Positions 9,546 to 20,700 of a stretch of DNA of 64,000 nucleotides are shown here, one piece after another. Within the stretch, counting starts at the first letter, position 1. Each line of letters opens with the position of its first letter. Source of the DNA: a virus; the IMG/VR virus record IMGVR_UViG_3300033182_000538, positions 1 to 64,000 of that record; one strand, 5' to 3'. The position numbers and the translations under genes were made by a program. Below the pieces are notes generated by a model. It had not been told where the DNA came from and searched no databases. It saw only the letters and a list, made by a program, of their open reading frames with translations.

Positions 9546-12500
9546 CTATAAATATGAAACTTTTGAGAACCCTCTAACTTTATTGATATCAATGATTTGG
9601 TCTACCATATCTCGTGTTTTGTCAATATGTGATATCGTAATGATAAAGTCAAATTGTGTCTTCAAGTAATCAAATAATAAATATAAAGAATTAAAGTTAT
9701 CCGTGTCAAGTGAACCAAATCCCTCATCAATGGCTATGAAATTAGGTCTTGGTAAATTAGATACGTTGATAAGGGCTGTTCTAATCGCTATGGATGAAAT
9801 AAACTTTTCCATACCACTTGTCAGTTCTAACGGCCAATATTCATCATCACCATATGCTATATATGAGTTGATGTTTTTACCATCGGTATTTAACAAGATT
9901 TGGAAATCTACGATTGGAGCTAAGATGTTGTTTATCTCAACTTCTAATTTTGGTAGAACTTCAGAAATTAAGTTATATGGAATACCATCTCGTTTTACAC
10001 ATTTAAGATAATACTCGTAACCATCAAATCTGATTTCCATATCTTTTAATTTGTCGATTGAATCATTTACCATTTCAATTGTTTTCTCAGCTAATTTTAT
10101 ATCCGAGTTTACATTCATAATTTTTGTGGTAACGGATTCTATATCTTCTTTCAATTTGTCTCGTGTGACTTTAAAAGATTTTATCTTTTCTTGAACTTTA
10201 GCATTATGGCTTACGGCTTGCTCTTGGTCTTTTGCTCGTTTTACCTTTTCCATTAATGCTTTTAACTCAAGGGTCATCTTTTCTACAAGAAGTACACATC
10301 CTTCATAATTGGATTCGTACTCTCTTAGTTCTTGATAAGATTCTTGAGATTCTAATACTAAATCTTCGTACTCATCAATCTGAGAGCTTACATCCAATTT
10401 AGTTCTTTGGTCAATAACCTCTACTCGTTCGGTTACCAACTTAGAATATTGTTCACCTAATAATTGTATTTCTTTTTCTAAACTTTCTGATTGTTTAGCA
10501 AATGGTGTGTTTTTATTCTTTACACAATGTTCACAATTATCATCAAATGTTAAAGAACCAATTCCTTCTAAATGTTTAGTTGCGTGGACAATCTCTGATT
10601 CTACCTTATCCATTTCGATGCCCAACTCGTTAAACCTTTTATCTAAAGAATTGTATTCCTTTTGTTTAGCATACAAATCATCTTTATCCATTTTTTTAAG
10701 TTTGGATTCAATGTCTTTGATATCGGTTTTAACTTTTTTGATTTGAGTTAAGTTAGAATCACACGAAATCTTTTGTTTCTTGATTGTTTCTTTGGCTGTG
10801 TTTACATCATTTTGTAATTCAGATACATCTCCTAAATCTTCAACGGGTTTTAATCTACCCATCTCAAATTCAATCTTTGTATTTACATTATCACGCTTGG
10901 TTTCTAAATCAGCCTTTCTATCTTGTAAGGTGGTTAACGAACCTGTGATAGATGATAAAGTATCCTCAGCATCAGCAAGTTGACTTGGAAGGTCTTGATT
11001 TTTATAGTCCTTCAGAAGAGCTGATAATTCCTTAATCTCCTCACTTGCGATTTGGTATAATCCTTCAAAGACATCCATATCCAAGAATTGTGCGAGGAGT
11101 TCCTTTCGTTCCTTTTGCGACTTTTCGATGAACCCACTGTTGTTTGATTGGGTTGACATCGCTGTGAGGATGAAGTCATCGTATGTTCCAACATATTCCC
11201 TAATTATTGAGTTTGTTTCTCTTCGTTGTTCACCATTCAGAGATTGCTTTTGACCATCTACCATACGATAAAAATCAACATCAACTTTTACAGTTCCTCT
11301 CTTTGGTGATTTTTTTGCTTTTCTCTCTATCGTATAATCAGTACCATTCAATTCAAATGTAAACTTACAATCAAAGTTCATCTTTGAGTAATTCATTACA
11401 TCTTCAGCTTTGTTGGTACGAGAACATTTATCAAAGATACAAAATGATAGAGCATCCCATAAGGTAGATTTACCACTTGCGTTTGGAGCAAAGATTCCAT
11501 ATGCCCCTTTCATTTGACTAAAGTCTACGACATTGTTAGTACCATACGAGAACATATTTGAGAATTCAAACACCTTTGGTATCCAAGTCGAGTTGATAAT
11601 CGCTCTCTGACTTCCGAGTTTTGTATTGATATCATTGTTAATACCTTTAACAACTTCAAGTTGTTCTTCGGTGAGATGTTCTGTTTCATTCAAGAAGTCC
11701 TCAATAAGTTTGTTTTGGAAAGCGGAGTCTCTAACATTCTGAAGAATAATCTTTTCGTGTTCTCCGTTTTCTTTTCGTGTAATAACCTTTTGAATAGTAA
11801 GTTCTTGTATTGACCTACCCTTCTTTAGTTCAGCTATGATTTTATTTAAATCAGAAGCTTTTGTGTCTTTTACACGAACTCTCATTCGTGGCTTTTGAGG
11901 GATTGGCATACTTGATACAATCTTACCCTCTTCTATATCTATCGTTACATATCCATAATCATTTGGAATATTCACAAATTTATTTGTACGAGTTTTTACA
12001 TCCCATACCAAAATACCGTGATTTGGATATTTAGCTTCTCCGTGATTCTGAACAATTAGTGAGCCAGGATATTTGATAGTCTCTACACCTTGAACTGTAT
12101 TATTTGGCTTGTGAATATCACCAAGAAGAACCATATCATATCCATCAAAGTTTGCTACATTGATATTTTTGTTCTCAATAGCAAACCCGTGTTCAGTTTC
12201 AATTTTGTCAACAGGCCCGTGGAATACAGCGATTTTAGTATCACCTTTGTAATTACCCGATATTGGAAAGCCGGGTGACTTATCCCATACCGATTGGTGA
12301 ACAAATGTAACATCACCTAAAGACCAACCACCCGTATCTTTTAGATAAATTAATTTAGGTAGGTTAAGTGCTTTGATGATTGGTGATAACGCATCAAGTC
12401 TTGAAGGGTTGTTAAGATTAGCATCGTGATTACCCGGTATAACAATCGTTGGTAGTAAATCTGACAATCGAGTGAAGAACTCTTGCGTCAAATCAATTAC

Positions 12501-12713
12501 CTCAGGTGTCATATCGGTTTTTGCGTGTACAATGTCACCAGCAATTACGATGATGTCATTTTCCTCCATTGTAGTCAATATATGACCATAAAGGTGGGAA
12601 AAGACATCACGATACTCTTTGTGTCTTTTTAAGTTTCTAATGTGTACATCGGCGATATGATAAATTTTATTTACCTTATCAATACCGACATTAATTTTCT
12701 TGAGTCTTTTCAT
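9546..12713 (-). CDS. Mre11/SbcD nuclease fused to Rad50/SbcC ATPase (gp47-gp46-like)
   Basis: DVH, GD, GNHD, GDIH phosphoesterase motifs; Walker A APNASGKS; coiled coil with CEHC hook; TSGMEK signature; IAIDEG Walker B. Confidence 0.93.
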   Translation of the reverse strand: MKRLKKINVGIDKVNKIYHIADVHIRNLKRHKEYRDVFSHLYGHILTTMEENDIIVIAGDIVHAKTDMTPEVIDLTQEFFTRLSDLLPTIVIPGNHDANLNNPSRLDALSPIIKALNLPKLIYLKDTGGWSLGDVTFVHQSVWDKSPGFPISGNYKGDTKIAVFHGPVDKIETEHGFAIENKNINVANFDGYDMVLLGDIHKPNNTVQGVETIKYPGSLIVQNHGEAKYPNHGILVWDVKTRTNKFVNIPNDYGYVTIDIEEGKIVSSMPIPQKPRMRVRVKDTKASDLNKIIAELKKGRSIQELTIQKVITRKENGEHEKIILQNVRDSAFQNKLIEDFLNETEHLTEEQLEVVKGINNDINTKLGSQRAIINSTWIPKVFEFSNMFSYGTNNVVDFSQMKGAYGIFAPNASGKSTLWDALSFCIFDKCSRTNKAEDVMNYSKMNFDCKFTFELNGTDYTIERKAKKSPKRGTVKVDVDFYRMVDGQKQSLNGEQRRETNSIIREYVGTYDDFILTAMSTQSNNSGFIEKSQKERKELLAQFLDMDVFEGLYQIASEEIKELSALLKDYKNQDLPSQLADAEDTLSSITGSLTTLQDRKADLETKRDNVNTKIEFEMGRLKPVEDLGDVSELQNDVNTAKETIKKQKISCDSNLTQIKKVKTDIKDIESKLKKMDKDDLYAKQKEYNSLDKRFNELGIEMDKVESEIVHATKHLEGIGSLTFDDNCEHCVKNKNTPFAKQSESLEKEIQLLGEQYSKLVTERVEVIDQRTKLDVSSQIDEYEDLVLESQESYQELREYESNYEGCVLLVEKMTLELKALMEKVKRAKDQEQAVSHNAKVQEKIKSFKVTRDKLKEDIESVTTKIMNVNSDIKLAEKTIEMVNDSIDKLKDMEIRFDGYEYYLKCVKRDGIPYNLISEVLPKLEVEINNILAPIVDFQILLNTDGKNINSYIAYGDDEYWPLELTSGMEKFISSIAIRTALINVSNLPRPNFIAIDEGFGSLDTDNFNSLYLLFDYLKTQFDFIITISHIDKTRDMVDQIIDINKVRGFSKVSYL

Positions 12714-13645
12714 ACTCTAAATAGTTCATACTCTACCAACTTTCGTAGGTCTAATGGTGGAGTGTTATATATCATTTCATTAATCCGTTCATAGCCCATA
12801 TCGGATGGGTCTTCATCACCCAAATCTACTAAATGGGTCTGAATTCCATACGACATAAACTTCTTCGCCAACCCCAAAGCATTCTTTAGGGCATCCGAAT
12901 CTAAACAAATATACAATTTTTTTACATTATTTCCAAGAATTTTCTTCTCTAATTCAGATTGTATACTTTTTCCAAATAAAGGAATGGCGTTCCTACGAAC
13001 TGCGATTGCATCAAATGCACCTTCGCAAAGAACCAAAGGGGTGTCCCAATTTATCAGTAGGTCGAATCCTACAATGTCCTTGGATACCTTTGGATTTTTA
13101 TGTTTATACTTTGTCTGATAGAATGACCTACCAACAAAGAAATTTAATTTACCTCTTTCATCATACGATGGTATGATGATTTTATCTTCATACTCGCCCT
13201 CTTCACAATATCCTATATTATATTTTACGATATCCGATGGCCTCAGTCCCCTACCTAACAAATAGTTTAGTGCGTGTTTTCTCTTGTAAGAGTTGGATGG
13301 CTTATATAATGGAATGAATTCTTTTGGAAGTTCAACTTGGTCGTTAACTTGGTCGTTAACTTGGTCGTAATTGTAACGATTTATTCTACTGAAAATTGAG
13401 TTATACTCATCCCAAGTTGATTTAGATACACGAAGTTTTTTGAAAAGAGTTTTGATTGTTCTACCTTTTTCATCCGATATCCAACAATGCCACGGATTCT
13501 GACCCTTAGAGTTTATTCGTATGTTAATCTCTAACTTTGGTTTATAGTGGTCAACAAATGGTGAGTAAAAGGCATAATTATCCCCACTTGTTTTCTTAGA
13601 TTTTCCGAGAACGGACTCCAATAATTCGAGTAGTCTATCTTCCAT
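12710..13645 (-). CDS. DnaG-type (TOPRIM) DNA primase
   Basis: YLLGRGL, IIIPSYD, FFVGR, CEGAFDA, LDSDA, DPSD motifs. Confidence 0.88.
   Translation of the reverse strand: MEDRLLELLESVLGKSKKTSGDNYAFYSPFVDHYKPKLEINIRINSKGQNPWHCWISDEKGRTIKTLFKKLRVSKSTWDEYNSIFSRINRYNYDQVNDQVNDQVELPKEFIPLYKPSNSYKRKHALNYLLGRGLRPSDIVKYNIGYCEEGEYEDKIIIPSYDERGKLNFFVGRSFYQTKYKHKNPKVSKDIVGFDLLINWDTPLVLCEGAFDAIAVRRNAIPLFGKSIQSELEKKILGNNVKKLYICLDSDALKNALGLAKKFMSYGIQTHLVDLGDEDPSDMGYERINEMIYNTPPLDLRKLVEYELFRV
13334..13369. repeat. 12-bp tandem repeat x3 (aacttggtcgtt) encoding DQVN repeats in the primase linker
   Basis: Seen directly; third copy has one mismatch. Confidence 0.9.
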
Positions 13646-13663
13646 CGTACCTAATATACAAAA

Positions 13664-14095
13664 TTATTTTGAAAAATCAAAGAAATTTTCTTTAGGTTTT
13701 TCATCTATCCATTCTTGGGGTATTTCTTTTTTAGCCCATTTGAATCCATTCTTCTCACACCACATAGCGTAAGTGGTCTTAGAACCTTTGTATATTTTTC
13801 CGTTTGGGGATTGTAGAACAAATCGTAAATCCATCTCTGGATTTTGTTCCTTGATTAGTAAATGCTTCTTTCTATCCTCAGGTAAAAACCACCCTTTTGA
13901 CTCAATAAAGATTCCATTTGGTAATCTAAAATCAGGTTTATAAGTGTGGTGAGTCGCTGGTACAGTATATGAAACTTCGTGTTTTTCATACTCACCATCG
14001 ATACCGAGAATATTTAACTGCTCGTTGATTTTAGTCTCAAGGCCAGATTTGTGACCTTTCATCTTTTGGATGTGACTCCAATTTCCTTTTGCCAT
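13664..14095 (-). CDS. T7 endonuclease I-like Holliday junction resolvase
   Basis: KSGLE, YKPDF, IESKG, DRKKHLLIKEQ, TTYAMWCEKNGF. Confidence 0.9.
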   Translation of the reverse strand: MAKGNWSHIQKMKGHKSGLETKINEQLNILGIDGEYEKHEVSYTVPATHHTYKPDFRLPNGIFIESKGWFLPEDRKKHLLIKEQNPEMDLRFVLQSPNGKIYKGSKTTYAMWCEKNGFKWAKKEIPQEWIDEKPKENFFDFSK

Positions 14096-14096
14096 A

Positions 14097-15779
14097 TTAT
14101 TCTAAATCTAATCTAATGTCGAGTGTTACATCAACATCTTGTCTTTTCTTTAGAGGTGACCCTAACTTACCGACTGCAAGTAAGTCACCAGTGTCGTTGT
14201 ATAATCCAACTTGTGTAATGTATGGTCTAAAATTAGAACCTGTTACAAAACCTTTTAGTGTATTGTTAGTGTCATCACCACTTTGTCTAAGTGTATTATT
14301 GGATGATACATTAAATTCGTTTCTACCAATCTCACATAAGTAAGATAGTTGTTCAATTTCTTTTGTAGATTTGTATTTAAATTCAAAACCTCTACCCGTG
14401 TAATCAAAGTCACCATTACCTAAAAAACAATTTTGATACTTAGGTCTTGGGTCAGAGACTACGATTAATCCAGTTCTATAAAAAACATACCCAACATTCC
14501 TTGTTTGATATGCCGACCCACTTATGATGTGGTTGTTACTCAATGAAGTTACATTATCAGAACTAAATGTAGTATGATACATTCTTACCTCATCAATAGA
14601 ACCACTTGTACCTGTAGCATTTATATTGTTACACATAATTGTAACATCGGAATTATTCGAGAATCCTCTTCTTGTTTTAGCAGTACCAAGAGAATTACCA
14701 TCTAAAAATAATTCAAAACTACCAGTGTCTTTACCACTTGTATGTTTTAGAATAATATTATGCCAATTGTTGTCGTTTATAGAAGTAGTACTTTGTATAC
14801 TTACAGTTTTATCTGAAGGGCCATCATCAAAATCAAAAATAATTTTACCGGCGTCAGCACCAGCAGTTTGATTATATGTTCTGATTGAGAATGGGTAAGT
14901 AGCGTCATTTTTACCTGTATCAATTGCGTGTTTGTCACGAGAATACAAATATGGATTTCTCTTCTGATACCTTTGTTGTATCAATGGGTTTGTTGTAGAA
15001 TCCGTGTAAGATTGACTTGTTGGTAACTTTACCCAAAACGATACACCAAAGTCTTGAGATTGATTTAAGAATCCTAATCTACTCTCATTATACTCAACAT
15101 ATAACGATGAAGATATATCAGAGGTTACAGCGTATCCACTGGCGGTAATTTCACCAGTAGTGTCAATTCCATCTACTACCGTTAAATTAGTAGCAAATAC
15201 ACGATTGTCATATGGTGAATCATCATTTGTATAATTCCACTTTTTATTTTTTGTACCATTTTGGAATCCCAAGTACAATTTAGAATACTTATCGGATACA
15301 AAAGATGTGTGGTCAATATCATCATCATACAAATACCCAAACTCATCAGTATGTTTAGATTCACTTAATGTTAATGTTGTAGCATCGTGTGAGTTATCCG
15401 TAATAGTTACTGAATTTGGTTTGATTCCGGCACCCATCTTGTAATATGGTATAGATACAATCGATGCGGTTGGGTGTAATAATCTATCTGAGTTTTTGAA
15501 ATGTGTTGAGTTTACTCCACTCCAAACAATTTCTTGAGGAATCTTATTTAGTTCCCTACTAATTGCGCCAGAGCCAGTAATCAATGATGTATCATATGTA
15601 ACACCTTGATGTTTAGATGTAGAAACTTCAGTTAATACACCATTATTAGATACACCTCTTAAAATAGATATTTCAAAGGATGATGAGTAATTAACATCCG
15701 TGACTTCATAATTTTTATGAGCCTTATAGGGATATGCAGTTACCCCTTGAGTGAATATCCGTTTGAACACATTTGCCAT
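14097..15779 (-). CDS. Virion protein with LamG/concanavalin A-like domain
   Basis: VSFWVK, INDNNWHNI, LFLDG, GSIDEVRMY; C-terminal PYITQVGLYN...LLAVGKL shared with the next gene. Confidence 0.75.
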   Translation of the reverse strand: MANVFKRIFTQGVTAYPYKAHKNYEVTDVNYSSSFEISILRGVSNNGVLTEVSTSKHQGVTYDTSLITGSGAISRELNKIPQEIVWSGVNSTHFKNSDRLLHPTASIVSIPYYKMGAGIKPNSVTITDNSHDATTLTLSESKHTDEFGYLYDDDIDHTSFVSDKYSKLYLGFQNGTKNKKWNYTNDDSPYDNRVFATNLTVVDGIDTTGEITASGYAVTSDISSSLYVEYNESRLGFLNQSQDFGVSFWVKLPTSQSYTDSTTNPLIQQRYQKRNPYLYSRDKHAIDTGKNDATYPFSIRTYNQTAGADAGKIIFDFDDGPSDKTVSIQSTTSINDNNWHNIILKHTSGKDTGSFELFLDGNSLGTAKTRRGFSNNSDVTIMCNNINATGTSGSIDEVRMYHTTFSSDNVTSLSNNHIISGSAYQTRNVGYVFYRTGLIVVSDPRPKYQNCFLGNGDFDYTGRGFEFKYKSTKEIEQLSYLCEIGRNEFNVSSNNTLRQSGDDTNNTLKGFVTGSNFRPYITQVGLYNDTGDLLAVGKLGSPLKKRQDVDVTLDIRLDLE

Positions 15780-15789
15780 ATTTCATCAT

Positions 15790-17052
15790 TTAAAAGTCTA
15801 ATTTAACCTTTATTAAAATTTCGTTAGAGAAAGATTTTAATATTGGTTGAGATAACTTAGCAATAGCTAATAATTCGTTATCGTTGTTATAGAGACCAAC
15901 TGATGTGATATATGTTTTAGGGTCACCAATAAATGTATTTTGCGCCAATCTTCCTTCAGAGCCAGATACATATGTTGGGTTATTACTAAAATTATACTCA
16001 GCATTTTTAGCTCTTACAAAGTAGAATGTAGATTTAACCTCTTCTTCATTTCTAGCTTGGAAACCATCATCAGAATCTTCTACAGCCGCACCACTAATAG
16101 CAGTAAATAATCTATTGTGGTTTTGTTGGTCAGTTTGACTTCGTACTGTTCCAAGTGAGGCAGATGAATCAAGAGCGGCAGCCCCTAATACAATGATACC
16201 TTGTTGTGGGTATACTTCACCAAATATAGAAGTTGAATTTACAACACCACCTACAAGAGAACCAGATACAACATTGTATTTAGTTTGTCTTGCGTTACCT
16301 GATTGGTTAGTGTCACCACTATCATCGATTAATCTAAGTGTTTCACCACCTGAACCTGAAAGAACTAATTCCCAATTTCCTGGGTCTAATCTATCTTTTA
16401 ATCTTGCTCTATTGATAGCGATTACATAAACATCATCTTGATTAGTATCTTCCCATCTAAAGAATTTTTGGTTAGATGGTAACAACACTTGTTGCATTTG
16501 TGAATATATTGCCGATGAAGGTGAATCTTCATTAGTACCGGCAGAACCACTACCAGCGTAGTGACCATATGCTACTGAGAACTGAGGTTCATTTGTTGAT
16601 ACCGTTGGTAATCCGTTATAGATTTCGTAGTAGTATGATTTTTGAGTACTTGATTGGTAAGATGAGGTGTGGAATACATCTAATTCACCACTTCCACCTG
16701 ACCATAGTCCTCTTGTTACTCTTTTAGTACCACCCTCTACGATATCTTCAATTGTAAAAGCAGTAAAAACTTTACCACTACCATAATCGTATGCGCCTGC
16801 TGGAATTACAGGAGTATCATTAGTTGCGATGTCATCGCTTGTTAGTACATCAATTGGAGTTACTCCACCAGAACTACGAGGACCCGATGATAATACAGGT
16901 GTGGTTCTTCCACCACCAGCATTAAGGTTTTGTGATATTACATTTCCACCACCGCCGCCACCAAAGCCGCCTATAAACTCAGCACCATTGTTATAAAATC
17001 CGTTACCAGCAGCTGCTCCACCAAAATAATTATTATTACTGAAAAATGCCAT
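15790..17052 (-). CDS. Baseplate/tail-collar-associated virion protein
   Basis: C-terminal TYITSVGLYNNDNELLAIAKL paralogous to 14097..15779; Gly-rich N-terminus. Confidence 0.65.
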   Translation of the reverse strand: MAFFSNNNYFGGAAAGNGFYNNGAEFIGGFGGGGGGNVISQNLNAGGGRTTPVLSSGPRSSGGVTPIDVLTSDDIATNDTPVIPAGAYDYGSGKVFTAFTIEDIVEGGTKRVTRGLWSGGSGELDVFHTSSYQSSTQKSYYYEIYNGLPTVSTNEPQFSVAYGHYAGSGSAGTNEDSPSSAIYSQMQQVLLPSNQKFFRWEDTNQDDVYVIAINRARLKDRLDPGNWELVLSGSGGETLRLIDDSGDTNQSGNARQTKYNVVSGSLVGGVVNSTSIFGEVYPQQGIIVLGAAALDSSASLGTVRSQTDQQNHNRLFTAISGAAVEDSDDGFQARNEEEVKSTFYFVRAKNAEYNFSNNPTYVSGSEGRLAQNTFIGDPKTYITSVGLYNNDNELLAIAKLSQPILKSFSNEILIKVKLDF

Positions 17053-17063
17053 AGTCTATCTCC

Positions 17064-17708
17064 TTATCTCTCAGTTACCTTGGGTGTTAATGTTATATCA
17101 ACCTCAGCTCTACCACCAGTCTCATTACCTACTATGATAACTCTCGTAGTAGTAGTTGTATTGACAGGAAGATTATTTGTTGGTGTAAATGTAAATTGAT
17201 TTAAACCATTTACAGCGATTGCCTTATTGGTTGCGTAAGAATTTACATTTATAATAGGAGTTACTGTACCAGGTACACCGGCGTTCCCTTGAATTGCGCC
17301 AACATCACTATTAAGTAATATAGCGGTATATCCTAATTGTGAATTACCACCATTTTTAGTAGTTACGTTAATAGTTACAGGTGTTCCTTCTTCCGTTGCA
17401 GAAATTGTAGTTGTTGAAAGTTCGATAAATGGTAGCTTTACCGTAGATTTAGGTAAAGATAACAATTTATACTTCATTAAATAGTTTTCATCAGTAATAG
17501 CCTCCAAGATTGGCATATTCTCGATGATGATTCCGTAATAGTCACTACCTAATGAATGCGCAGGATTCCAAAGGTCATAATCAACCTCATCATCCGCAAG
17601 TGCGAATTGGGTAATTTGAAATTTGTCTCTACCTTCCGCGAGTAACTCTCTTCCTCTCTTGGTAAGGATAGCGTCTATTGTTACAGATGAATTATCTAAA
17701 AATCCCAT
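17064..17708 (-). CDS. Tail-collar/fibre-attachment-like virion protein
   Basis: AILTKRGRELLA...ITQFALAD motif typical of collar/fibre N-termini. Confidence 0.6.
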   Translation of the reverse strand: MGFLDNSSVTIDAILTKRGRELLAEGRDKFQITQFALADDEVDYDLWNPAHSLGSDYYGIIIENMPILEAITDENYLMKYKLLSLPKSTVKLPFIELSTTTISATEEGTPVTINVTTKNGGNSQLGYTAILLNSDVGAIQGNAGVPGTVTPIINVNSYATNKAIAVNGLNQFTFTPTNNLPVNTTTTTRVIIVGNETGGRAEVDITLTPKVTER

Positions 17709-17767
17709 ATTGTTTCCTCTTTTGTTTCAATATATAAATATTGTTTTTTTTATTTTTAAATGATTTT

Positions 17768-20700
17768 TTAAAATCTACTTCTTCTTCTTTGTCTTTTACG
17801 AAGTTGTTGATTTATAACTTGTCTTAAATTATCTGGATTTGGTACTGGTCTAACTTCCGGTGGATTAGTACGACTTTTACTAAATACAGGCGTTGATTTT
17901 AAGATACTACTTTCAGATTGTCTATCAGTAGCTTTACTTATTGTATCGTTATCTTCGTTTTGTTTTATGTATTGTTGAACCGCAACTAAATCTTGAGCTG
18001 GGGTACTTCTAATCTGCTCTACTGTCTTAGGTCTCTTACCACCACCTCGACCAGAGCCAGCACCACCACCTGAACCAACACCCACACCCGTTGTGGTTGT
18101 GTTGTATATCAATGTATTTGGGTCTACCGTTGTAACAACGATAGCTGGTTCACCATCAGGCGTATCTAATGAGTCGGTAGTTAAAGAATCACTTGTGACC
18201 TTACATCCATTGTATATCAGATTTTCCATAGCCAATGATAAACGTGTATCTTGTATTTGTGCTAAATGGAATGATGCTGAATTAGCGAACTCAACTCCCA
18301 TAGAAGCGCTCTCTTCGGTACTCCAAAAATATTTTGGTTCTAAATAATATCTTGACAATCTTGAATCTAAAATATGAGAACCTGTTGGAGAATATTCCCA
18401 ATATGGATTTGTATCCGTAAAGTATTCACCTGAAGAACTAAGTCTTTGAATATCCGTGTACTTGTAAATAGATGCGGCAAATGCGTCTTTTTCTATTGAA
18501 CTTGTATATGTTAAATAAGAACCTGTAATAACATTTAATACACTTATCGGAGCGGGTTCGTTGTCATATTGATTTTGAGTATATGTTATTGTGTCTGGTC
18601 TTTTATAATTGTTTCTTTCAAAAACGTGTGGTTCAATCAAGATACCTTTATGCCAATCGGCTCTAGCAGGAACCAATTGTTTCATTGAATCAAATATAGA
18701 CATATCATATCTTGATAGAATATCCATAATCAAATCAAGAGCAGTACCACTTGTGTACTTTTGGAAATAATTTCTTGCACGATAGTCTAAATCATCATAC
18801 CCATCAATGTTTCTTACATCAGTATCACCAATTAAATCATCTGCTTCGAAATATCCCTCTGAAGCATATATGTCAAAGTTTATAGTGTCAGTTGTTGAGA
18901 AATATGTTCCAAGTAAATTTGAATCCGTACTTGCAAAATCGTATTGACTTAATTCGTTTGATTTATCAAATTGTAACGACCCTCTTAGTGATGATGATTC
19001 AATTCTAACTTTTTTATTTGATAAGTTTAAAGCACCTACCGATGGAATAGTTACAAACTGAGTATCAACTTCACCAACCAAATCCAATGGTTTCATATTG
19101 ATTAGAGACGCTGATAATACCAATCCGCTATCACTTGCCGTAAATTTTTGGTTTGGATGAATTGAACTTATAGAAGATGTATTAGTGGTAAAACTACTAT
19201 CAGGGAATATACGATACATTAACTTATCATACGATGTATCAATATCTAAGTCAGTCGTGTTATCATCACTAAAGTATGCTTCTCTATTTTTAGCGTGAGC
19301 TTCTATAATCTCATTTGTAATACCATCACGATAATATCTAATCTCTTGAATACTTGCCGTTTCATAAGAATTTACGTTTCCATCAGTAGTTGGGCCAGGC
19401 ACTCGTACCGTACCATTAGCCGACCAAACACTTTGGAAATCGGAATCGTTACCAGACTTAGATGCAGTTGGATTACCTAACAACCTACCCCAATCATCGA
19501 CCCAAGCGGCTCTAATATCAATAGATGATGAGTTTAATGTGAATACAACTTCTCTACGATTTACATATGGTACATAACTTGAACTTATAGCACCATTAGG
19601 CCAAGTAGCTCTAATTCTAGCAGTTTGGTCTCCTGAGTTGTAATCCCAATAACAATCAATATTACCACCCGTACTATTTAATCTAAGGATGTGATAATTT
19701 TGTTTTGGTAATTTACCTATAACTTCAATCGAATCTGGTCTATCTGATTGTATATCATCCCACGGATTCGAAATATATTTTGATGGAGATGCTTGAAGCT
19801 TGTATACAAATCTCTCGTGTTCATATTCATTTTTATCATCTTGAATTCTTGGCCCACCATATTCTCTAATTTTTAAGAATGTTTGTGGTACACCATAAGA
19901 TGCTACTAATGTTTTAAATGAACGAGCAGTACCCTTTGATTTGTAGATATCAGGTAAGTTGTTTACCAACCTTCTCCAAGTTTCCTCTACAATTTGTTTA
20001 GTTGGTTTAGAATACAATGAGCCCGATTGTAATGGACTACCATTTGATTCCAACCCTAATTCATATTGCCACAATGACCTATCCGAATATCCGTTGTACA
20101 ATTTCCAGCCCATAGAGCTAGCTACATACTCTAACAAATCATTTGAGATACCATCTAATGGATGTTCTTCTCTATCATTTATACTTGTTATTGCTTTTAT
20201 GTAGTTCCAATATATATCGAAGTGCTGACCTAACATATCAACAAATAATGAATACTCTATATTTTTTTCATCCTCTTGAATGTTTACAGGAATGATTCTT
20301 GATAATCTATTTTGGTTTGTAGCGTCATATACCGAAGCGCTTTCAATTGTACCAGTATACCAAGTTTGTGCGTCAGCCGATGTAAAGTCGTAAAGAGTAT
20401 GTGGGTCTCTACTTACTTTTGGATATGGTTGAATTGAGTATGCTGATGATGAGTAATGGGTATAGAATGTATTGTCATTACTATAATACATCCAATGTTC
20501 AAAGTCATCAAATGTACCAATCAAAGCATCTCTTCTTTTTATTGAAGATGATATGTTTGTTAATGCCTCAGAACCACTAACCCCTTGTAGTAAGGTGATT
20601 CTAGCATCATACTTTTCAATTTCTTTTATTTTATATGTAAAGTTTTCAACACGTTCTTTAGCTGATGAGAAGTTTACGAAGTTATCAAATGATGAATAAT

